Assembly: GCA_017654855.1 (NCBI GenBank)
Contig: CM030338.1
Location: 2,170,001 to 2,234,000, forward strand
Direction: 5' to 3'
Origin: Podospora anserina
Lineage: Eukaryota
Length of the DNA stretch: 64,000 bases
Position numbers and translations under genes: made by a program. Below the pieces are notes generated by a model. The model was not told the DNA's origin. It saw only the letters and a list, made by a program, of their open reading frames with translations, and searched no databases. Below are positions 53,468-64,000 of the stretch, piece after piece. Every line of letters begins with the position of its first letter. Position 1 is the first letter of the stretch.

Positions 53468-55081
53468 ATGGACGCCTCTTCACTTCTTGCCCTGCCGACT
53501 TCGCCGGCACCATCTTCGCTACAGATCTTTGCGCTCTTTATCAACTTTTTCTTTCCGGTGTTGGCTTTTATAGTGGTTTCCGTCAGGGTGGCGGGCAGGG
53601 TGGCCAGCAGCCAGTTTTCCATGGATGATTGGCTGGTCTGCATTGCCATGCTGATGTCGGTCACAGAGACGGTCATCAGCTTCTTTTGTACATGTCCCCT
53701 CGCTATTTTCCTGCTATGGCAACAACCACTAACTGACTCTTTTTCTGTCCAAGTCATCAAAACAAACTTCATCGGCATCCCCATCAGCCAAGTCCCACCC
53801 CACGACCCTACTCAGGGTCTTATCTGGGCTTATGCCGTGCAGATATTGTACAACCCCATCCTCGCCCTCGTCAAGTCATCTGCGCTTATTTTCCTGTCTC
53901 GATTGTTCGGCCAAAAAGACGGCGTCAGACGGTTTCTGCTCTGGCTCAACATTGCCAACATCTCCCAGATGGTGGCTGTCTTTTTTGCTATCACGTTTCA
54001 ATGCCTACCCATCGCCTTTAATTGGGTTCTCACTACTAGGGGTGGTAGGTGTGTTGACCGCCGGGTGCTATACACTTGCACGGCCGTAATCAACATCGTC
54101 ACCGACCTCCTGATCTTGGGGACGCCGATTTGGATATTTTCCAAGCTGAAGATACCGAGACGGACAAAGATGGCGTTGTTGTTTGTTTTTTTGTTGGGGT
54201 TTTTGTATGTGACCTCCCTCTTCTCACTTGGTTATCTTGTGTGCTGACCTGGGTTGTGGTGAAAAAGAGTAACCATCACCTCCGTCGTCCGCCTCGTCTT
54301 GCTGGTTCAGGGATTATTCAACCTTACTGCGCTGTCTGATCCGACGTCGAACGTCGGGTTTGTCACCTCTGCCATTGAGACGAACCTGGCGCTTATTACC
54401 GCTTCTGCCCCGGCGTTGAGGCCTATATTTCGGAGGAGGGAGAGGGGTGGGTGGTTAGGTCGATCCACCATCGCCCCTGCGACAACCAATGGAGCTCCTG
54501 ATTTGGAATCAGGGCAGAAATCGGTTGGTTGGGACAAGGCTAATAGATCGTCCTCCCCTGCGAGGAGTGTCAGGGCTAAGTTTGGACGTGGCGGGAGTAA
54601 GTTGTCTCGAGGAGGGAGGGCGAGAAGAGGGGGGAGAGGAGGGAAATTACGGCCTATCATCACCAGGGTCATCACGACGACCGAACAGCAGCAGGAGCTC
54701 CGGAGTTCGAGCCCGAGGGAGAGCGAGGAGCAGACGATGACGAGGAATGGGATTATGAGGGTTAGTGATGTGCAGAGGGAGATTGAGGAGATTGCTATTG
54801 GGTTGGCGAGGACTACGACAATGACGAGTAGGGGGTCGATGGAGGAGGAGAGGGGGAGGACAAGGGAGAGGGTGGTGGTTTATAGTGAGAGTATTTATCC
54901 GGAGTATGTTCCTGATTTATTACCTGGTGATGATGGGGGGAAAGAGTTGGATTTGAGGGTGAGGGATGAGGAGAGGAGGTATGATGAGGGGAGGGTGTCG
55001 AGGAGGTATGGGGTTGTTACGCCTAGGGCTGGGGTGACGCCTACGGGGAGGGGTTGGGAGGGGAGTGGGCGGCCTTTTTAG
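53468..55081 (+). CDS. PTH11-like (fungal rhodopsin-domain) integral membrane protein, no CFEM domain; introns 53688-53753, 54205-54267
   Basis: VVSVRV..DDWLVCIA, YNPILALVKSSALIFLSRLF, FQCLPIAFNW....GRC, NIVTDLLILGTPI..KLKIPRRTK, SVVRL, IETNLALITASAPALRP. Both introns end in AAG and restore the frame. Confidence 0.88.
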
Positions 55082-58000
55082 GGGGGGTGTTGAGCGCCTC
55101 TGTTTTCTTCTGTTTTGGGTGGTTTGCTTTGGATATGGTGTTTTGGTGTTTGGGAAGGGTTGGGGCTGGGTTTGTCATTTTGGACTATGGTTCTGGGAGG
55201 GGTTTATGGCTGGGGAAAATGGCTTGTGTGTGTTAAATACCACTTTCATTTGTTCATTTATCCGAGGTAGTGTGTAAATAGCTTTCTGGGTACTGTAGTT
55301 TGTGTACTCTACATCTTATGATCATAAACTTCCTAGGACTGACTAGTCACACCATGACAACTTCGCGCAGAAATTAGTCTTGACACAATACTTTTAAACA
55401 ATTGAAGGGTCAAAATGGTCTCTCAGACGATACTCCGAAACACGAGGAAAGTTGTTTCACGGGTGAATTTTCTTGAAAGACCCTTTCACTGTGCCGTCCG
55501 TGCTTTATGCAAAAGCTGATGGTTTATGCGTCCCGCTTCGGGTAGGGGGATAAGGGTCTGACATGTTTGGCGATGAAACGTGGGAGTTTCCTGTGCCCGT
55601 TCACCCATCCGCTTTCAGGGGTTGCTACTGGTATTTGGAATAGAGGATGGTGAGTAGTTTTCATGTGGGTGGAAACGTTGATAGAGTTGAGGTTTGATAT
55701 TGTTCTGCTGCTGTTCTAGGCAGTTGCGGTCTTGGTTTCACAAACCAGCTATCTGGAGTATTTACCTTGCCTTTGTTTCCAAAATCAAGTTTGGTGTTTA
55801 AGTCTTATTATACAGCCAAATGTGTTTATAGGGACCGCAAGTAATTTGGATGAAGAGCATTGAAAGCAATGGCATGTGTAGGGTTTTGGGTGGTGTTGAT
55901 ATATGGGCCAAGATTGTTCGAGAAGCAAGTGGTCTAGCAGTCGTTGGGTTCTGATTCTTTGGAGAACTTGCAAAAAATGTTAATTTGGGTAAGCAGGCAC
56001 CTTTGTTCTTTTCTGATTGTCAAGGCCAGAATCGATCTAGTGTATGCAGTGAGCTTTCTTTCTCGCTCATACTTGAGGGGTGACTGTGGCCGGTCATGGC
56101 TTCAAGACAGCCCTGTGGTAGTGAAGATATTTTCTCCGAGTTTGAGATAGTTTCCCCGAGTTTGAGAGACTTCCAAATGACTGAAGGCTTTCAGCGCTTA
56201 CTCTGATGTGCAACAGCATTTACAAATCAATATCCGGCCACTTCTTTGCTTGTAGTAAACCACCAGCTGTAACCGATTTCAAGGAGTTTTCCGGCTTGGC
56301 TTCAGTCAGTAGTTTCCGTATAAAGCAGGTAGTGATCAGCCCTGGCAGCCCCCCTGAATAGACTACTCCATAAGGAAAGTCACAACAACTCTGTCTCACT
56401 TAACCTTATCCAAACTCAACTGCCGACCTTCTCGAAGCCTTCGCTGCAACGAAACTCGGCCGGTCATCAAGGTTCAAACATCACCACCTTCTCACCTCAG
56501 ATCCCGCCTATTCCTCCCCGATCCTCTCAACCCCTACCCATGCACACTGTTGGTATGCAACGAGAATAATCAGGCTTACTCCCCCCTCTTGGCGGCCTGA
56601 TATTTTCTCTTGGTACTGCCGAAGAGCACACGTACACACACACCACCTGATATTGTCGTGATAGGTCTCCCCAAAGAGGCAGTCTGTCAACAATGCTTTA
56701 TCAGCGGGTATAAACGGATGGACTCGGTCATCCAAAGCAGAAGGACGATAACATCAAAACATGTCCACTCTGTTATTGAATTTGGGAAAAACTCCACAAA
56801 CCAATCCGAAAAATAAAAAAGTGGAGATGATGGAAGTTGGAAGGTTTCGTAGAAGTCTTCTCGGACACAAAAAATGCGCATGTGGAGCCTCCTCTTCACC
56901 ACTCACCGTGGTTTGCAGGAAGACATCGAACATTTTTTTTTCGAAACACGATACGACAGCCGCATGTGCGTGGGGAGGGGGAAGGGAGGGAGGTTGGTGG
57001 TATCGTCTGTTTTTGCTTTTTTCTTGCAGCCCAACGTACGTCCCTTGCCCTAGCGTCAGGCGGGCAAACGGACGTTTTGTTCCCATGGTGTCTGTAGCGA
57101 CGAGTAGCTGCTTGATTCTTCGGTTCCTTTTGCTCGCGTAGAGGGAAGTTCGGCAGGTTTGTGGGATGGTGTAAGCGGCGGGATGTCCAGATTAGGTTTT
57201 GCGGAGGGTTGTGGGCAGGAAAGCCAATTCTCTTGGAGTTGTTAGTTTGGGATGTCCCTCGTTGAGCCATGTCACGTTGTGTTCGTGGGGTGGATTTGGC
57301 TTGGAGGGGCAACTGGGATGGAGTTTGTTGTTTAAATGTGCCTGATGGATGTGTTGTCTTGTTGGAATTGGTGATACAAGAGAGTGATTTGGCTTGGGGT
57401 CGCCTGATATATTGTGTCAGCGGGTGACGTTCAAGAGGCTTTCTTCGTTGATAGGCGTTCGTCGATATCACAAGTCGAAAAGCCAAGAAGAGGGACACCA
57501 AAAAGTCACTCACAAGCGCGCAGACGATGCACCACCCCTGGTCGAATCGATCGTCATGGTATCGCGGACGGGCTGATGCACCCCGCATTCAAGTTCAATC
57601 CCCACGCGTCCTGTGGCCTATTCCGGATTAATAACAAGCCTTTAGCTCTCGATAAGGTGTGGTATCAGCATGTGGTCTTGATTGATCGAGGCGCATATGG
57701 CGGATATGGACGATGACGGCAGATAATTCCGTCCGGTTTGATCCTATCGCCGACAGATTGTGAAGCTGGAAGAAAAAACATCGCCATCTCAAACGAGCGT
57801 CCGAGGATGCCGAAATGGTCGTGGATTTGATGGGGAAATCAAATCCCCGAAATCTAGAAGGTGGAGTTTCGGGGTTCGACTCTTCTTCGAGAAGGTTTTG
57901 GCTGCCGAGGCACCTGGGGCACCCCGGGCAGCTTATCCGACGACGACCCCGTTGTAACATCGTGTCCATTTGCTCTATGGAAAAAAATGCCATACCAGAC

Positions 58001-59671
58001 CATCCAGTTGTCCAAACTGCCAAAAACAGGTTCAAGTTGTTAGACAAGGGAGCAGTTGATGAGGAGTCACGAAAAGATAATCATGTGTGCCCAGTGATTA
58101 AGCAAGCCGAGATAGGAAGGCGGGCTGCTAGAGAGGCTGATCGTCTTGGCAGACGTGGGAGTTCTCTGTGTTACACACCACGACGGCGTGTGTGTAAATT
58201 CAAGAAGCCCGCGTCTGGAGATATCTATCCGTGAAGTTGTCTATTATGTGCAGGTTGGTGTCGTTGTATGCATATCAAAACGACGTTTCACGAAGCTTTT
58301 TGCCTTCCGGCGAGGTTCGAGATCCGATCAGTGCTATCGCCAGTTATTTTCCGAAGAGACTATCAATACTTCTTATCTATGATGTCTCACTGCCTGCCGT
58401 GGCAGCCTTCACGATGCGGTGAGACTTGATCCTTATCAATGACATGTAGCTGGTAGAAATATGTATAATTGGTGCCCTGCTCTCCCAGCCGTCTGCTGTC
58501 GTTTGTGACGGAAGTTGTACGAAACCCCCACATCCGTGAACAGGTGGAATTGTCAGCGGTGAGTGAGGCGTTCCGAGCGGTGCCTGTGTGCCTGTCTGAC
58601 CACAGCTGCTGGCTCGTGTGCTTCAGACTGCGCCCGCTACGTCGACCCCCTTGGGTTTGGGTGATGTTGGGGTTGCCCAGCGATCTCTATTCAAAAAGTG
58701 TGGGTGTGACCTCCTCCGTATCTTGGAGTGCTTGGGCATGCGTGGGCAGCAAACCAGCAAACACAACACCCGACCCGGGCAGGCAGTTCCCAACTGGAAA
58801 CGGTCCTTATCAGGGACTCCACCACCGCTGCCGCCAGCCATCTGACAACCGCCGCCGTGCTAATACCTGAGAGTATATAGCAAGCCGCAGCCCGCCACAC
58901 GTTTCAACCTAGTTGTCTTTTTACCTATGTTTGATTATATACAGACCGAAGAAAAACACATACGGATATCTCGCTCAATCTACACCCCCGAATACTGCAT
59001 CTGCTAGAAAGTTTGTAATCGAAGCCTGTCCATTTTCGGCAACTACCTTAGACTCAGGGACCCGTTCGATATTCCCCAGAAGACCGGGGACCACGCTTGC
59101 ATAGCACCCACCTGAGCCAACCTGCATCCATCTGCCGCCCCTCAGCTTGTCCACACAGTGACGACAGAAAGCTTCTATCTCAAAACCGCCAACTTTCGAT
59201 CCCAACGGCTCGACATCCCGCCGGCTCCGCAGCCTTTGAGCCAAATCACAGTTGCACCGCAAATTCAAGTCCCGGCTTGGTAATATCTCTTGACTCCCGC
59301 GGGACGGAACGTTGGAGCGCAAGCCTCCGAAGAAAAGCAGCAGCTAGGGTCCAAGGCAGCTCAAGACAGTGGATCTTTGGGCCTTCTCGTTACGTACTTT
59401 TACGTACTCGTTTCGCTGCCGGCACGCGAGACATTGGACCGCATCACAGGGTCTCCCGTGTGTCGTGGCATCCAGCGCTGACAAGCCCTGGAATTCGCTG
59501 GCCTTCTGTTGGTCGCCGACCACAGGGCAGCAGGTCAGTTCCTGAATACGGTCTAGCCGGGAATGCCCTGCGCAGCCGATCCGCACCGTCCGGCCAGCTG
59601 GAGTGGTACCTCGTTACCTCAGGGTCTCTTTGTCGTGTGCTATTAATGCCAAGGGCCGCCAACTCGACAGT

Positions 59672-61297
59672 ATGATGTCTGCACGTTCCTATCTTGTTTC
59701 CAGGCACGCCTCGCCGCCCCAACCTCGACCTAAATCTACACCTACACCTACACCTATTCCCACCTCCCACCTCCGATCCTCTTCTTCTGCGCCTGCGCCT
59801 ACACCTACGTCCATCCGTTCCATAGCTGAGGAATATGAACGCTTCCCTCAACATCCTACACCAGTCACCGTCAGCAACAGCAGCCGTGTTACCGCTCCCG
59901 CCATGCCCTCCAAGCGAAGAGAGACCAGTAGCCTTGGGTCCTCTGCCCTGAGCCCTCCTCGAACAACCACTACGATTTCTCGTCCTACAACCCCATCGAC
60001 TCCTGTTCAGATTCCATCCAGGCCAAAGTCTCGCGATACCCTTCGTCCCCAAAAGCCACATCGCCACCATGGCGACCGAAGGCACAACTCGGCGTCGCAC
60101 CGTCCCAGGGATGGACACTCACCAGATGCCATTCCGCCATCTGTTGCTGCGCTGCTTGCCATCACGAGCATTCCACCGCCTAGGCAGACCAGGAGTGTGA
60201 GGCAGGCCAAGATGGAGAAGCGCATGACTGTTGAGTCCATCATCGAGAGAGCCCAAGAATCCGAGAAGGAACTCAGCTTGTCCTTGAGCAAGAGTCCATT
60301 AGATTTGCTGCTGATGTCACCCGAGGATCTCGAGGCGGAGTCAGACAGCATGTCTTATTGCGAGAGCTCGATGGGTTCGGTTCTGTCGACGAGGACTGTC
60401 TCTCTGGAGTCTATGCCATCTCTTTGCAACTCTTACGCTACCGATACGCTTTCTTCCTTGGAATCTCCCCGGACACCAATTAGGAGGCGGAGTGTCAAGC
60501 CTACTCGGCGTTCCTTGACCCCCGTTGCTTCCCCTCCGGAGGAGGTCTTGTCTCACCCGCTCTCATCGCCCGAGGTGGCGGTTGAGCAGTTGGATTTCAG
60601 CGTTTTTGACGAGGACAAGGCTGAAACCCAAGACAAGAAGGTTTCGCGATCGCCTTTCAAGGCAGCATTCAAGTCGAATCTGACCGCTTCGTTGCGCGCC
60701 TTGCGCCAGGCCGCCAAGTCGTTCTCGAACCTGAACTTCACATCGATCCCACCAGAAGACTTTCTCACCAGGTCTATTCTCACCATCGACCCGCAGGTCC
60801 CTTACACTGATGAGCGCAGGCCACCTCCACTTGAGGAAGAGCCAACCGCAGCCTTGCGTCGCTACCTCAACCCGACGACAACTGCGCGACTCGAGAAGCC
60901 GCAGTCTATCACCAATGGTCCCGCCCTACGAACATTTACGGCATCGATTCAGATGCAAACATACAAGGTCCACCGAGCGCGAAGTGGACCTTCTCCTGGC
61001 CGCTCTCCTTACCCATCAGTAGGACCATCTTCGGCATCAAACACATCGCAACAGCAACAGGTCAAGCCGACGCCCTCCGAGTACCCCATGCCTGGACCAC
61101 GCCAGCGAGAAATGCGCGAGAACCCCGACTTCATCCGCATTGCTGTTATGGAGATGGCCATGCGCAAACGGGGCAAGCTGGACGACCAACGGCCGGGCCG
61201 GGCAAGGTGGGCTCTGCCGCCCCGAAAACCTAGCACGAAGCCCTACGAGGTTGGTCCGGATGGAGTTCCAGCCAGATGGGTTCCTATCAGCTGCTGA
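59672..61297 (+). CDS. Uncharacterised S/P-rich fungal protein
   Basis: ORF of about 540 codons from the first ATG, with ordered-looking blocks IPPSVAALLAITSIP, FKSNLTASLRALRQAAKSF, YTDERRP..PTAALRRYLNP, RQREMRENPDFIRIAVMEMAMRKRGKL. Confidence 0.8.
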   Translation: MMSARSYLVSRHASPPQPRPKSTPTPTPIPTSHLRSSSSAPAPTPTSIRSIAEEYERFPQHPTPVTVSNSSRVTAPAMPSKRRETSSLGSSALSPPRTTTTISRPTTPSTPVQIPSRPKSRDTLRPQKPHRHHGDRRHNSASHRPRDGHSPDAIPPSVAALLAITSIPPPRQTRSVRQAKMEKRMTVESIIERAQESEKELSLSLSKSPLDLLLMSPEDLEAESDSMSYCESSMGSVLSTRTVSLESMPSLCNSYATDTLSSLESPRTPIRRRSVKPTRRSLTPVASPPEEVLSHPLSSPEVAVEQLDFSVFDEDKAETQDKKVSRSPFKAAFKSNLTASLRALRQAAKSFSNLNFTSIPPEDFLTRSILTIDPQVPYTDERRPPPLEEEPTAALRRYLNPTTTARLEKPQSITNGPALRTFTASIQMQTYKVHRARSGPSPGRSPYPSVGPSSASNTSQQQQVKPTPSEYPMPGPRQREMRENPDFIRIAVMEMAMRKRGKLDDQRPGRARWALPPRKPSTKPYEVGPDGVPARWVPISC

Positions 61298-63659
61298 ACA
61301 CGGCGCCGCTATCGGCGCTGCTGCTGTTCTAGACGGTGGCGGCAACCAAAAATTATCTACCACGGCAGTGGCACCAACCCGCCCGGTGTCATCATTGAAC
61401 CGCTCCCGCAGGATGCCATCAAGGTCCACATCACCATGCCAAGACCATACACCAACGTCTTTGGGGTTTGAAAGACCTGAATGCCGGGGGCGCAATACTT
61501 CGGCGATTGCAGTGGACCTTCTGCCCGGCCACCGCTTCGGCCAGAATTTCAAACTCCGAAAAGCGAGCGACCATACCGACGAGCCTCCTCCACGCCTCGA
61601 ATGACTCTTTGTCGGGGGGGCTGAGGGGTTTTCGGACACTTTAGAGTTTGCTGCGGCGAGCACCGCTTCGACAGACCGCCTCGGAACCCCACGCATCCCG
61701 CAGCAGCCCGATGGCTGCTGAATGGCTGGTGGCTCTCACATCTCGGGGGCTTGGCCATTGGACGACTCAACAACACAGACGCATAACGCACACGCACACG
61801 AACTTTTCTTTCTCTCTCTCTCTCTCTGTTTTCACAATTGCCGCATGCATAGCGACGGATCGGGGCCGTTTTTTTTTTGGGGGGGTTTGGAACCATTGGG
61901 AGCGAGCATTATCCACCCAGCTACGACATTTTCTTTTGCCGCCAGCAACTTGTTTCCAATACCACCAGGACCTTCAATTTTCGATTTGGTTCGAAAATCC
62001 GAAAGGGTGGGAGAGGCTTGCATCATTGGCGAAATTTTTTGCTTTCTCTTGAGCTTCGAGAAGCCGGTTTTTTTTTTCGGAGGGGGGCGGCATTGATGGG
62101 CATGGCATTTCATCATTCAGCAAGAGAAGAGCAGGATTTCATAACTGCATTGGGGAAGGTGTTCCGGTAATAAAGTTTAGTGGGGTGGGATCAACCACTT
62201 TTACATCACTTGCATACATCATTGTTCATACACTACAGCTGCTGTACACACGCCAGTGGGGAGGGGAGGGGAGGGGAATAATTCTTGGATTTCTTGGAGG
62301 GGGAGATAAAGCAGGCGCACTGTTTGGGAGTTTTGTGAGGGGTTGGGAGGGAAGAGGCGTGGTGATGGTGTGTTGCATTGGATTGAACAACACATCAAGG
62401 TAGAGGAAGAGAATTTTGGATGGCATGCATGCATCGCGACCTAAACGGACTTGTTACAAGAACTGGGCAGCAGCGGATATTTTTGTAGTGTGTAAGAATA
62501 GTGAAGAAATATTTTCAACAACACCTTTTTTTTTTTTTTTTTTTTTTTGGCTCGTGATGTGACTGTGGTGGGAAGGGGATTGTTCCTCTGAGACTTTTTT
62601 AAAGTGGTCAATTGGTGAGGGCGGACAATCCGTGCCCTTGGACTTGGGACTTGTGTTACACGATCTGGAGTATGTCCTAGATGGTGTGGATGGTGTCTGG
62701 GTTGTGTCACCGGGGCACATGGGAGGAATCTGGGGTACATGAGATGGACCCTGGGTTTTGGACTTTGGGGATATATTAATGTTTGAGGGGGTGGATGTTC
62801 GGTTTGGTATTGTATGGGTAAGGTGAGGATGGCGTGAGTGTCCGGGAAAGGGGAGGGAGTTAGTTGTGTTTGTGGTACGTAAGGGGATGATGTGATTCTT
62901 GGAGGGGATGAGGGAAGGGGGGGGGGGGTGTCTCGTGGCTATGGCAACAGCATCATAGACGAGATCTAGAGCTCATTTGACAGAATCGGTACAGAACTGC
63001 TACTATGAGTCTATAGCCTTTCGTACGATGTAAACTATTAGATCTATGTTCATGAAGCTGATGCTTACAATAGCCTCCTTTCAAAGCTTCCTCAGGTTAA
63101 GAAATTATGTTGTATAAGTTATTTCTAGGACCTCAAGTACCACATGAATATCTGCAAAACACCATATTGCTGTCGCACTCTAGTGTGGCTCCCCTTTTAT
63201 ACAGCTAAAGGTTGTTCCTTCCTGTCCAAAGTTAGCTCTTTCCTCTTCAGACACCCACCTGCCCACCCAAGTATCAAGAGAAGTCACAACCAGGTCGGTG
63301 CCTTCCTCCACATCCAGCACCCAGTTTAAAGGGTTACTTTCTCAAGGAAGGAAGACCTGTCTCAGATTCGCTCTTGCCTTTTTGAGATCGGGTTACTGGC
63401 GCGATCTTAAGCACAAACTTGTTATTTTCTCCCCCAAATCTTGTCTTTCGGTCTTTATCAACAAACCAAAGACTCTTCAGCTAAGTCGAATAAATCACAA
63501 CTTTTTTTCTTCAACTGCGTCTCATCTTTGTTCAGGTGGCTCAACACAAGGGCTTTACCATTGAAGGAGGGGAGACTGGGCCATACCTACATACTGTGGA
63601 CAAACGGGTTGCGCTTTCAAAAGGCGAACTTGTGTTGCTTTAGAAGCAATCAAGCCCTC

Positions 63660-63701
63660 CAACCTCGGCAACAGCAACAGCAGCACCACCAACGCCACAT
63701 A

Positions 63702-63732
<31 letters not shown>

Positions 63733-63770
63733 CAACAACAGAAACAACAGCACCACCACCATCACATCGA
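63660..63770 (+). repeat. Compound CAG/CAA/CAC trinucleotide microsatellite
   Basis: (CAG)7 followed by (CAA)5 and short CAC runs. Confidence 0.85.
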
Positions 63771-64000
63771 TATCAACGCACAATCCAACTATGCCAACCT
63801 CTCAGAGCCCGCCGCTCAGGTCCAATCAACCGTTGTATTCACGTTCCGCCCTGCTTCGACAGCTCATACCAGTTCAGGACGACGGATGAAAGAATACCAA
63901 CCTAGGTAGTGATATGGCCGTGAGCCAACGGTGGATAATAGCGTTCGCTCACGACGACGACATGTGGGATTTTGGAGAGGGTGCAGGAGATGCTTGATGC

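Noticed and set aside
56136-56175. Short direct repeat CCGAGTTTGAGA x2 (also AGCCTCT x3 near 34231 and GTACCCGTCA x2 near 27188)
   Set aside because: Explained by local slippage duplications, with no further structure.

Overview
This is eukaryotic DNA from a filamentous ascomycete: short GT-AG introns with CTAAC/CTGAC branch points, and a style consistent with Sordariales such as Podospora (taxon is inference). The window is a gene-dense housekeeping region with 18 recognisable protein-coding genes: BRE1 (3' end), a SARAF-like gene, a full-length ABCB/MDR exporter, MRT4, U1-70K/SNP1, MRPL51, TPI1, a U3-snoRNA-associated protein, a TPR/Sel1-like protein, CWC21, CDC123, a GH16, a C2H2 + fungal-specific-domain TF, CDC25 Ras-GEF, an IRS4-like EH protein, ASE1, a PTH11-like membrane protein and an uncharacterised S/P-rich protein. 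I could not support any tRNA, rRNA or CRISPR array. Four signals stand out. (1) A 565-bp non-autonomous TIR element with 64-bp TIRs, an 8-bp target-site duplication and an internal 18-bp minisatellite lies upstream of the MDR pump. (2) The third U1-70K intron is unusually long and carries two extra 5' splice-site motifs and a hairpin next to the branch point, a candidate splicing feedback switch. (3) The last TPI1 intron is stop-free, and its retention would add a 55-aa hydrophobic/basic tail ending in ARI, a candidate cryptic organelle-targeted isoform. (4) A ~30-bp motif occurs three times in one intergenic region. Exon boundaries were read by eye, and family names come from motif recognition, not database searches.
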